Source: Auanema rhodensis (taxonomy: Eukaryota; Animalia; Nematoda). From it: 64,000 bases of DNA. The notes beneath the pieces were generated by a model. The model was not told where the DNA came from, did not search any database, and was given only the letters and a program-made list of their open reading frames with translations. Location: the NCBI GenBank assembly GCA_964057225.1, contig OZ059896.1, forward strand, positions 9,424,001 through 9,488,000. The letters run 5' to 3'. Within the stretch, counting starts at the first letter, position 1. Each line of letters begins with the position of its first letter. Both the position numbers and the translations under genes were made by a program. Positions 1 to 12,149 of the stretch are shown here, one piece after another.

Positions 1-110
1 TTACAGTACCGTGTCACTGTATGTTTTATCGATAAACTTCATTTTTCCTATTGACCACTAGTTTGTTGGAGTCCAATTCATCTGGCGCCATGTATGCTAG
101 CACATCATAA

Positions 111-183
111 GGTCTTGTGGTGTAGTGGTTATCACGTCTGCTTTACACGCAGAAGGTCGTCGGTTCGAACCCGGCCAAGACCT
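111..183 (+). tRNA. tRNA-Val(TAC), first complete copy (representative)
   Basis: GGTCTTGTGGTGTAGTGGTTATCACGTCTGCTTTACACGCAGAAGGTCGTCGGTTCGAACCCGGCCAAGACCT. Anticodon TAC at 144-146; U50.G64 wobble pair in the T-stem. Confidence 0.97.
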
Positions 184-187
184 GTTC

Positions 188-191
188 TTTT
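188..191 (+). terminator. Pol III terminator (TTCTTTT; T4 tract), repeated in nearly every unit
   Basis: T4 run starts 5 nt after the discriminator base. Further T4-T5 runs in the spacer (GATTTT, GTTTT, CTTTT/ATTTTT) could act as back-ups. Confidence 0.7.
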
Positions 192-2027
192 GAAGGATTT
201 TAATCCAAAATCATCAGAGTACCGTGTCACTGTATGTTTTATCGATAAACTTCATTTTTCCTATTGACCACTAGTTTGTTGGAGTCCAATTCATCTGGCG
301 CCATGTATGCTAGCACATCATAAGGTCTTGTGGTGTAGTGGTTATCACGTCTGCTTTACACGCAGAAGGTCGTCGGTTCGAACCCGGCCAAGACCTGTTC
401 TTTTGAAGGATTTTAATCCAAAATCATTAGAGTACCGTGTCACTGTATGTTTTATCGATAAACTTCATTTTTCCTATTGACCACTAGTTTGTTGGAGCCC
501 AATTGATCTGGCGCCATGTATGCTAGCACATCATAAGGTCTTTTGGTGTAGTGGTTATCACGTCTGCTTTACACGCAGAAGGTCGTCGGTTCGAACCCGG
601 CCAAGACCTGTGCTTTTGAAGGATTTTAGTCCAAAATCATTAGAGTACCGTGTCACTGTATGTTTTATCGATAAACTACACTTTTCCTATTGACCACTAG
701 TTTGTTGGAGTCCAATTCATCTGGCGCCATGTATGCTAGCACATCATAAGGTCTTGTGGTGTAGTGGTTATCACGTCTGCTTTACACGCAGAAGGTCGTC
801 GGTTCGAACCCGGCCAAGACCTGTGCTTTTGAAGGATTTTAGTCCAAAATCATAAGAGTACCGTCTCACTGTATGTTTTATCGATAAACTACATTTTTCC
901 TATTGTACACTAGTTTGTTGGAGCCCAATTGATCTGGCGCCATGTATGCTAGCACATCATAAGGTCTTGTGGTGTAGTGGTTATCACGTCTGCTTTACAC
1001 GCAGAAGGTCGTCGGTTCGAACCCGGCCAAGACCTGTTCTTTTGAAGGATTTTAATCCAAAATCATCAGAGTACCGTGTCACTGTATGTTTTATCGATAA
1101 ACTACATTTTTCCTATTGACCACTAGTTTGTTGGAGCCCAATTGATCCGGCGCCATGTATGCTAGCACATCATAAGGTCTTGTGGTGTAGTGGTTATCAC
1201 GTCTGCTTTACACGCAGAAGGTCGTCGGTTCGAACCCGGCCAAGACCTGTTCTTTTGAAGGATTTTAATCCAAAATCATCACAGTACCGTGTCACTGTAT
1301 GTTTTATCGATAAACTACACTTTTCCTATTGACCACTAGTTTGTTGGAGCCCAATTGATCTGGCGCCATGTATGCTACCACATCATAAGGTCTTGTGGTG
1401 TAGTGGTTATCACGTCTGCTTTACACGCAGAAGGTCGTCGGTTCGAACCCGGCCAAGACCTGTTCTTTTGAAGGAATTTAATCCAAAATCATTAGAATAC
1501 CGTGTCACTGTATGTTTTATCGATAAACTACATTTTTCCTATTGACCACTAGTTTGTTGGAGCCCAATTGATCCGGCGCCATGTATGCTAGCACATCATA
1601 AGGTCTTGTGGTGTAGTGGTTATCACGTCTGCTTTACACGCAGAAGGTCGTCGGTTCGAACCCGGCCAAGACCTGTTCTTTTGAAGGATTTTAATCCAAA
1701 ATCATCAGAGTACCGTGTCACTGTATGTTTTATCGATAAACTACATTTTTCCTATTGACCACTAGTTTGTTGGAGCCCAATTGATCTGGCGCCATGTATG
1801 CTAGGAGATCATAAGGTCTTGTGGTGTAGTGGTTATCACGTCTGCTTTACACGCAGAAGGTCGTCGGTTCGAACCCGGCCAAGACCTGTTCTTTTGAAGG
1901 ATTTTAATCCAAAATCATAAGAGTACCGTCTCACTGTATGTTTTATCGATAAACTACACTTTTCCTATTGACCACTAGTTTGTTGGAGTCCAATTCATCT
2001 GACGCCACGTTTGCTAGCACATCATAA

Positions 2028-2100
2028 GGTCTTGTGGTGTAGTGGTTATCACGTCTGCTTCACACGCAGAAGGTCGCCGGTTCGAACCCGGCCAAGACCT
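2028..2100 (+). tRNA. tRNA-Val(CAC), first copy of the second isoacceptor (representative)
   Basis: Same body as the TAC copies, but anticodon CAC at 2061-2063 and T-stem GCCGG/CCGGC (C50-G64). Confidence 0.96.
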
Positions 2101-5100
2101 GTGCTTTTGAAGGATTTTAGTCCAAAATCATTAGAGTACCGTGTCACTGTATGTTTTATCGATAAACTACACTTTTCCTATTGACCACTAGTTTGTTGGA
2201 GTCCAATTCATCTGGCGCCACGTTTGCTAGCACATCATAAGGTCTTGTGGTGTAGTGGTTATCACGTCTGCTTTACACGCAGAAGGTCGTCGGTTCGAAC
2301 CCGGCCAAGACCTGTTCTTTTGAAGGATTTTAATCCAAAATCATCACAGTACCGTGTCACTGTATGTTTTATCGATAAATTACACTTTTCCTATTGACCA
2401 CTAGTTTGTTGGAGCCCAATTGATCTGGCGCCATGTATGCTACCACATCATAAGGTCTTGTGGTGTAGTGGTTATCACGTCTGCTTCACACGCAGAAGGT
2501 CGCCGGTTCGAACCCGGCCAAGACCTGTTCTTTTGAAAGATTTTAATCCAAAATCATTACAGTACCGTGTCAATGTATGTTTTATCGATAAACTACATTT
2601 TTCCTATTGACCACTAGTTTGTTGGAGCCCAATTGATCTGGCGCCATGTATGCTAGCACATCATAAGGTCTTGTGGTGTAGTGGTTATCACGTCTGCTTT
2701 ACACGCAGAAGGTCGTCGGTTCGAACCCGGCCAAGACCTGTTCTTTTGAAGGATTTTAATCCAAAATCATTAGAGTACCGTGTCACTGTATGTTTTATCG
2801 ATAAACTACATTTTTCCTATTGACCACTAGTTTGTTGGAGCCCAATTGATCTGGCGCCATGTATGCTAGCACATCATAAGGTCTTGTGGTGTAGTGGTTA
2901 TCACGTCTGCTTTACACGCAGAAGGTCGTCGGTTCGAACCCGGCCAAGACCTGTTCTTTTGAAGGATTTTAATACAAAATCATCAGAGTACCGTGTCACT
3001 GTATGTTTTATCGATAAACTACACTTTTCCTATTGACCACTAGTTTGTTGGAGCCCAATTGATCTGGCGCCATGTATGCTACCACATCATAAGGTCTTGT
3101 GGTGTAGTGGTTATCACGTCTGCTTTACACGCAGAAGGTCGTCGGTTCGAACCCGGCCAAGACCTGTTCTTTTGAAGGATTTTAATCCAAAATCATCAGA
3201 GTACCGTGTCACTGTATGTTTTATCGATAAACTACACTTTTCCTATTGACCACTAGTTTGTTGGAGCCCAATTGATCTGGCGCCATGTATGCTAGCACAT
3301 CATAAGGTCTTGTGGTGTAGTGGTTATCACGTCTGCTTCACACGCAGAAGGTCGCCGGTTCGAACCCGGCCAAGACCTGTTCTTTTGAAGGATTTTAATC
3401 CATAATCATCACAGTACCGTGTCACTGTATGTTTTATCGATAAACTACATTTTTCCTATTGACCACTAGTTTGTTGGAGTCCAATTCATCTGACGCCATG
3501 TATGCTAGGAGATCATAAGGTCTTGTGGTGTAGTGGTTATCACGTCTGCTTTACACGCAGAAGGTCGTCGGTTCGAACCCGGCCAAGACCTGTTCTTTTG
3601 AAGGATTTTAATCCAAAATCAAAAGAGTACCGTCTCACTGTATGTTTTATCGATAAACTACACTTTTCCTATTGACCACTAGTTTGTTGGAGTCCAATTC
3701 ATCTGACGCCACGTTTGCTAGCACATCATAAGGTCTTGTGGTGTAGTGGTTATCACGTCTGCTTCACACGCAGAAGGTCGCCGGTTCGAACCCGGCCAAG
3801 ACCTGTGCTTTTGAAGGATTTTAGTCCAAAATCATTAGAGTACCGTGTCACTGTATGTTTTATCGATAAACTACACTTTTCCTATTGACCACTAGTTTGT
3901 TGGAGTCCAATTCATCTGGCGCCACGTTTGCTAGCACATCATAAGGTCTTGTGGTGTAGTGGTTATCACGTCTGCTTCACACGCAGAAGGTCGCCGGTTC
4001 GAACCCGGCCAAGACCTGTGCTTTTGAAGGATTTTAGTCCAAAATCATAAGAGTACCGTCTCACTGTATGTTTTATCGATAAACTAAATTTTTCCTATTG
4101 TACACTAGTTTGTTGGAGCCCAATTGATCTGGCGCCATGTATGCTACCACATTATAAGGTCTTGTGGTGTAGTGGTTATCACGTCTGCTTTACACGCAGA
4201 AGGTCGTCGGTTCGAACCCGGCCAAGACCTGTTCTTTTGAAGGATTTTAATCCAAAATCATAAGAGTACCGTCTCACTGTATGTTTTATCGATAAACTAC
4301 ATTTTTCCTATTGAACACTAGTTTGTTGGAGCCCAATTGATCTGGCGCCATGTATGCTAGGACATCATAAGGTCTTGTGGTGTAGTGGTTATCACGTCTG
4401 CTTTACACGCAGAAGGTCGTCGGTTCGAACCCGGCCAAGACCTGTTCTTTTGAAGGATTTTAATCCAAAATCATCAGAGTACCGTGTCACTGTATGTTTT
4501 ATCGATAAACTACATTTTTCCTATTGAACACTAGTTTGTTGGAGCCCAATTGATCTGGCGCCATGTATGCTAGCACGTCATAAGGTCTTGTGGTGTAGTG
4601 GTTATCACATCTGCTTTACACGCAGAAGGTCGTCGGTTCGAACCCGGCCAAGACCTGTTCTTTTGAAGGATTTTAATCCAAAATCATCACAGTACCGTGT
4701 CACTGTATGTTTTATCGATAAACTACACTTTTCCTATTGACCACTAGTTTGTTGGAGCCCAATTGATCTGGCGCCATGTATGCTACTACATCATAAGGTC
4801 TTGTGGTGTAGTGGTTATCACGTCTGCTTCACACGCAGAAGGTCGCCGGTTCGAACCCGGCCAAGACCTGTTCTTTTGAAAGATTTTAATCCAAAATCAT
4901 TACAGTACCGTGTCAATGTATGTTTTATCGATAAACTACATTTTTCCTATTGACCACTAGTTTGTTGGAGCCCAATTGATCTGGCGCCATGTATGCTAGC
5001 ACATCATAAGGTCTTGTGGTGTAGTGGTTATCACGTCTGCTTTACACGCAGAAGGTCGTCGGTTCGAACCCGGCCAAGACCTGTTCTTTTGAAGGATTTT

Positions 5101-8100
5101 AATCCAAAATCATTAGAGTACCGTGTCACTGTATGTTTTATCGATAAACTACATTTTTCCTATTGACCACTAGTTTGTTGGAGCCCAATTGATCTGGCGC
5201 CATGTATGCTACCACATCATAAGGTCTTGTGGTGTAGTGGTTATCACGTCTGCTTTACACGCAGAAGGTCGTCGGTTCGAACCCGGCCAAGACCTGTTCT
5301 TTTGAAGGATTTTAATCCAAAATCATTACAGTACCGTGTCACTGTATGTTTTATCGATAAACTACACTTTTCCTATTGACCACTAGTTTGTTGGAGCCCA
5401 ATTGATCTGGCGTCATGTTTGCCAGCTTATCATAAGGTCTTGTGGTGTAGTGGTTATCACGTCTGCTTTACACGCAGAAGGTCGTCGGTTCGAACCCGGC
5501 CAAGACCTGTTCTTTTGAAGGATTTTAGTCCAAAATCATTAGAGTACCTTGTCACTGTATGTTTTATCGATAAACTACATTTTTCCTATTGACCACTAGT
5601 TTGTTGGAGCCCAATTGATCTGGCGCCATGTATGCTAGCACATCATAAGGTCTTGTGGTGTAGTGGTTATCACGTCTGCTTTACACGCAGAAGGTCGTCG
5701 GTTCGAACCCGGCCAAGACCTGTTCTTTTGAAGGATTTTAATCCAAAATCATCACAGTACCGTGTCACTGTATGTTTTATCAATAAACTACACTTTTCCT
5801 ATTGACCACTAGTATGTTGGAGCCCAATTGATCTGGCGCCATGTATGCTACCTCATCATAAGGTCTTGTGGTGTAGTGGTTATCACGTCTGCTTTACACG
5901 CAGAAGGTCGTCGGTTCGAACCCGGCCAAGACCTGTTCTTTTGAAGGATTTTAATCCAAAATCATCAGAGTACCGTGTAACTGTATGTTTCATCGATAAA
6001 CTACATTTTTCCTATTGACCACTAGTTTGTTGGAGTCCAATTCATCTGGCGCCACGTTTGCTAGCACATCATAAGGTCTTGTGGTGTAGTGCTTATCACG
6101 TCTGCTTTACACGCAGAAGGTCGTCGGTTCGAACCCGGCCAAGACCTGTTCTTTTGAAGGATTTTAATCCAAAATCATTACAGTACCGTGTCACTGTATG
6201 TTTTATCGATAAACTACACTTTTCCTATTGACCACTAGTTTGTTGGAGTCCAATTCATCTGCCGCCACGTTTGCCAGCTTATCATAAGGTCTTGTGGTGT
6301 AGTGGTTATCACGTCTGCTTCACACGCAGAAGGTCGCCGGTTCGAACCCGGCCAAGACCTGTTCTTTTGAAGGATTTCAATCCAAAATCATCAGAGTCCC
6401 GTGTCACTGTATGTTTTATCGATAAACTACACTTTTCCTATTGACCACTAGTATGTTGGAGCCCAATTGATCTGGCGCCATGTATGCTACCACATCATAA
6501 GGTCTTGTGGTGTAGTGGTTATCACGTCTGCTTTACACGCAGAAGGTCGTCGGTTCGAACCCGGCCAAGACCTGTTCTTTTGAAGGATTTTAATCCAAAA
6601 TCATCAGAGTACCGTGTCACTATATGTTTTATCGATAAACTACACTTTTCCTATTGACCACTAGTTTGTTGGAGTCCAATTCATCTGCCGCCACGTTTGC
6701 CAGCTTATCATAAGGTCTTGTGGTGTAGTGGTTATCACGTCTGCTTCACACGCAGAAGGTCGCCGGTTCGAACCCGGCCAAGACCTGTTCTTTTGAAGGA
6801 TTTCAATCCAAAATCATCAGAGTCCCGTGTCACTGTATGTTTTATCGATAAACTACACTTTTCCTATTGACCACTAGTATGTTGGAGCCCAATTGATCTG
6901 GCGCCATGTATGCTACCACATCATAAGGTCTTGTGGTGTAGTGGTTATCACGTCTGCTTTACACGCAGAAGGTCGTCGGTTCGAACCCGGCCAAGACCTG
7001 TTCTTTTGAAGGATTTTAATCCAAAATCATCAGAGTACCGTGTCACTATATGTTTTATCGATAAACTACATTTTTCCTATTGACCACTAGTTTGTTGGAG
7101 CCCAATTGATCTGGCGCCATGTATGCTAGGACATCATAAGGTCTTGTGGTGTAGTGGTTATCACGTCTGCTTTACACGCAGAAGGTCGTCGGTTCGAACC
7201 CGGCCAAGACCTGTTCTTTTGAAGGATTTTAATCCAAAATCATCAGAGTACCGTGTCACTGTATGTTTTATCGATAAACTACATTTTTCCTATTGACCAC
7301 TAGTTTGTTGGAGCCCAATTGATCTGGCGCCATGTATGCTAGGACATCATAAGGTCTTGTGGTGTAGTGGTTATCACGTCTGCTTTACACGCAGAAGGTC
7401 GTCGGTTCGAACCCGGCCAAGACCTGTTCTTTTGAAAGATTTTAATCCAAAATCATCAGAGTACCGTGTCACTGTATGTTTTATCGATAAACTACATTTT
7501 TCCTATTGACCACTAGTTTGTTGGAGTCCAATTCATCTGACGCCACGTTTGCTAGCACATCATAAGGTCTTGTGGTGTAGTGGTTATCACGTCTGCTTCA
7601 CACGCAGAAGGTCGCCGGTTCGAACCCGGCCAAGACCTGTTCTTTTGAAGGATTTTAATACATAATCATCACAGTACCGTGTCACTGTATGTTTTATCGA
7701 TAAACTACACTTTTCCTATTGACCACTAGTTTGTTGGAGCCCAATTGATCTGACGCCACGTTTGCTAGCACATCATAAGGTCTTGTGGTGTAGTGGTTAT
7801 CACGTCTGCTTTACACGCAGAAGGTCGTCGGTTCGAACCCGGCCAAGACCTGTTCTTTTGAAGGATTTTAATCCAAAATCATCAGACTACCGTGTCACTG
7901 TATGTTTTATCGATAAACTACACTTTTCCTATTAACCACTAGTATGTTGGAGCCCAATTGATCTGGCGCCATGTATGCCACCACATCATAAGGTCTTGTG
8001 GTGTAGTGGTTATCACGTCTGCTTTACACGCAGAAGGTCGTCGGTTCGAACCCGGCCAAGACCTGTTCTTTTAAAGGATTTTAATCCAAAATCATTACAG

Positions 8101-11100
8101 TACCGTGTCACTGTATGTTTTATCGATAAACTACACTTTTCCTATTGACCACTAGTTTGTTGGAGTCCAATTCATCTGGCGCCACGTTTGCTAGCACATC
8201 ATAAGGTCTTGTGGTGTAGTGGTTATCACGTCTGCTTCACACGCAGAAGGTCGCCGGTTCGAACCCGGCCAAGACCTGTTCTTTTGAAGGATTTTAATCC
8301 AAAATCATCACAGTACCGTGTCACTGTATGTTTTATCGATAAACTACACTTTTCCTATTGACCACTAGTTTGTTGGAGCCCAATTGATCTGACGCCACGT
8401 TTGCTAGCACATCATAAGGTCTTGTGGTGTAGTGGTTATCACGTCTGCTTTACACGCAGAAGGTCGTCGGTTCGAACCCGGCCAAGACCTGTTCTTTTGA
8501 AGGATTTTAATCCAAAATCATCAGACTACCGTGTCACTGTATGTTTTATCGATAAACTACACTTTTCCTATTGACCACTAGTATGTTGGAGCCCAATTGA
8601 TCTGGCGCCATGTATGCCACCACATCATAAGGTCTTGTGGTGTAGTGGTTATCACGTCTGCTTTACACGCAGAAGGTCGTCGGTTCGAACCCGGCCAAGA
8701 CCTGTTCTTTTAAAGGATTTTAATCCAAAATCATCAGAGTACCGTGTCACTGTATGTTTTATCGATAAACTACACTTTTCCTATTGACCACTAGTTTGTT
8801 GGAGTCCAATTCATCTGGCGCCACGTTTGCTAGCACATCATAAGGTCTTGTGGTGTAGTGGTTATCACGTCTGCTTTACACGCAGAAGGTCGTCGGTTCG
8901 AACCCGGCCAAGACCTGTTCTTTTGAAGGATTTTAATCCAAAATCATCAGAGTACCGTGTCACTGTATGTTTTATCGATAAACTACATTTTTCCTATTGA
9001 ACACTAGTTTGTTGGAGCCCAATTGATCTGGCGCCATGTATGCTAGCACGTCATAAGGTCTTGTGGTGTAGTGGTTATCACATCTGCTTTACACGCAGAA
9101 GGTCGTCGGTTCGAACCCGGCCAAGACCTGTTCTTTTGAAGGATTTTAGTCCAAAATCATTAGAGTACCTTGTCACTGTATGTTTTATCGATAAACTACA
9201 TTTTTCCTATTGACCACTAGTTTGTTGGAGCCCAATTGATCTGGCGCCATGTATGCTAGCACATCATAAGGTCTTGTGGTGTAGTGGTTATCACGTCTGC
9301 TTTACACGCAGAAGGTCGTCGGTTCGAACCCGGCCAAGACCTGTTCTTTTGAAGGATTTTAATCCAAAATCATTACAGTACCGTGTCACTGTATGTTTTA
9401 TCGATAAACTACACTTTTCCTATTGACCACTAGTTTGTTGGAGCCCAATTGATCTGGCGTCATGTTTGCCAGCTTATCATAAGGTCTTGTGGTGTAGTGG
9501 TTATCACGTCTGCTTTACACGCAGAAGGTCGTCGGTTCGAACCCGGCCAAGACCTGTTCTTTTGAAGGATTTTAGTCCAAAATCATTAGAGTACCTTGTC
9601 ACTGTATTTTTTATCGATAAACTACATTTTTCCTATTGACCACTAGTTTGTTGGAGCCCAATTGATCTGGCGCCATGTATGCTAGCACATCATAAGGTCT
9701 TGTGGTGTAGTGGTTATCACGTCTGCTTTACACGCAGAAGGTCGTCGGTTCGAACCCGGCCAAGACCTGTTCTTTTGAAGGATTTTAATCCAAAATCATC
9801 ACAGTACCGTGTCACTGTATGTTTTATCAATAAACTACACTTTTCCTATTGACCACTAGTATGTTGGAGCCCAATTGATCTGGCGCCATGTATGCTACCA
9901 CATCATAAGGTCTTGTGGTGTAGTGGTTATCACGTCTGCTTTACACGCAGAAGGTCGTCGGTTCGAACCCGGCCAAGACCTGTTCTTTTGAAGGATTTTA
10001 ATCCAAAATCATCAGAGTCCCGTGTCACTGTATGTTTTATCGATAAACTACACTTTTCCTATTGACCACTAGTATGTTGGAGCCCAATTGATCTGGCGCC
10101 ATGTATGCTACCACATCATAAGGTCTTGTGGTGTAGTGGTTATCACGTCTGCTTTACACGCAGAAGGTCGTCGGTTCGAACCCGGCCAAGACCTGTTCTT
10201 TTGAAGGATTTTAATCCAAAATCATCAGAGTACCGTGTCACTGTATGTTTCATCGATAAACTACATTTTTCCTATTGACCACTAGTTTGTTGGAGTCCAA
10301 TTCATCTGGCGCCACGTTTGCTAGCACATCATAAGGTCTTGTGGTGTAGTGCTTATCACGTCTGCTTTACACGCAGAAGGTCGTCGGTTCGAACCCGGCC
10401 AAGACCTGTTCTTTTGAAGGATTTTAATCCAAAATCATTACAGTACCGTGTCACTGTATGTTTTATCGATAAACTACACTTTTCCTATTGACCACTAGTT
10501 TGTTGGAGTCCAATTCATCTGCCGCCACGTTTGCCAGCTTATCATAAGGTCTTGTGGTGTAGTGGTTATCACGTCTGCTTCACACGCAGAAGGTCGCCGG
10601 TTCGAACCCGGCCAAGACCTGTTCTTTTGAAGGATTTTAATCCAAAATCATCAGAGTACCGTGTCACTGTATGTTTTATCGATAAAATACATTTTTCCTA
10701 TTGACCACTAGTTTGTTGGAGCCCAATTGATCTGGCGCCATGTATGCTACCACATCATAAGGTCTTGTGGTGTAGTGGTTATCACGTCTGCTTTACACGC
10801 AGAAGGTCGTCGGTTCGAACCCGGCCAAGACCTGTTCTTTTGAAGGATTTTAATCCAAAATCATCAGACTACCGTGTCACTGTATGTTTTATCGATAAAC
10901 TACACTTTTCCTATTGACCACTAGTATGTTGGAGCCCAATTGATCTGGCGCCATGTATGCTACCACATCATAAGGTCTTGTGGTGTAGTGGTTATCACGT
11001 CTGCTTTACACGCAGAAGGTCGTCGGTTCGAACCCAGCCAAGACCTGTTCTTTTGAAGGATTTTAATCCAAAATCATCAGAGTACCGTGTCACTGTATGT

Positions 11101-12149
11101 TTTATCGATAAACTACACTTTTCCTATTGACCACTAGTATGTTGGAGCCCAATTGATCTGGCGCCATGTATGCTACCACATCATAAGGTCTTGTGGTGTA
11201 GTGGTTATCACGTCTGCTTTACACGCAGAAGGTCGTCGGTTCGAACCCGGCCAAGACCTGTTCTTTTGAAGGATTTTAATCCAAAATCATCAGAGTACCG
11301 TGTCACTGTATGTTTTATCGATAAACTACATTTTTCCTACTGACCACTAGTTTGTTGGAGTCCAATTCATCTGACGCCACGTTTGTTAGCAAATCATAAG
11401 GTCTTGTGGTGTAGTGGTTATCACGTCTGCTTCACACGCAGAAGGTCGCCAGTTCGAACCCGGCCAAGACCTGTTCTTTTGAAGGATTTTAATACATAAT
11501 CATCACAGTACCGTGTCACTGTATGTTTTATCGATAAACTACACTTTTCCTATTGACCACTAGTTTGTTGGAGCCCAATTGATCTGGCGCCATGTATGCT
11601 ACCACATCATAAGGTCTTGTGGTGTAGTGGTTATCACGTCTGCTTTACACGCAGAAGGTCGTCGGTTCGAACCCGGCCAAGACCTGTTCTTTTGAAGGAT
11701 TTTAATCCAAAATCATCAGAGTACCGTGTCACTGTATGTTTTATCGATAAACTACATTTTTCCTATTGACCACTAGTTTGTTGGAGCCCAATTGATCTGG
11801 CGCCATGTATGCTAGGACATCATAAGGTCTTGTGGTGTAGTGGTTATCACGTCTGCTTTACACGCAGAAGGTCGTCGGTTCGAACCCGGCCAAGACCTGT
11901 TCTTTTGAAGGATTTTAATCCAAAATCATCAGAGTACCGTGTCACTGTATGTTTTATCGATAAACTACATTTTTCCTATTGACCACTAGTTTGTTGTAGT
12001 CCAATTCATCTGACGCCACGTTTGCTAGCACATCATAAGGTCTTGTGGTGTAGTGGTTATCACGTCTGCTTCACACGCAGAAGGTCGCCGGTTCGAACCC
12101 GGCCAAGACCTGTTCTTTTGAAGGATTTTAATACATAATCATCACAGTA

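Noticed and set aside
196-235. Minus-strand Sm-site-like GATTTTGGA next to a hairpin (SmY/SL-like RNA)
   Set aside because: The motif is short, lies within its own hairpin stem, and lacks a convincing second stem-loop or snRNA promoter.
111-323. tRNA-derived SINE, or 5S/SL-RNA repeat
   Set aside because: Complete intact cloverleaf with its own terminator, no poly(A) tail or target-site duplication, and no SL1 leader or 5S sequence recognised.
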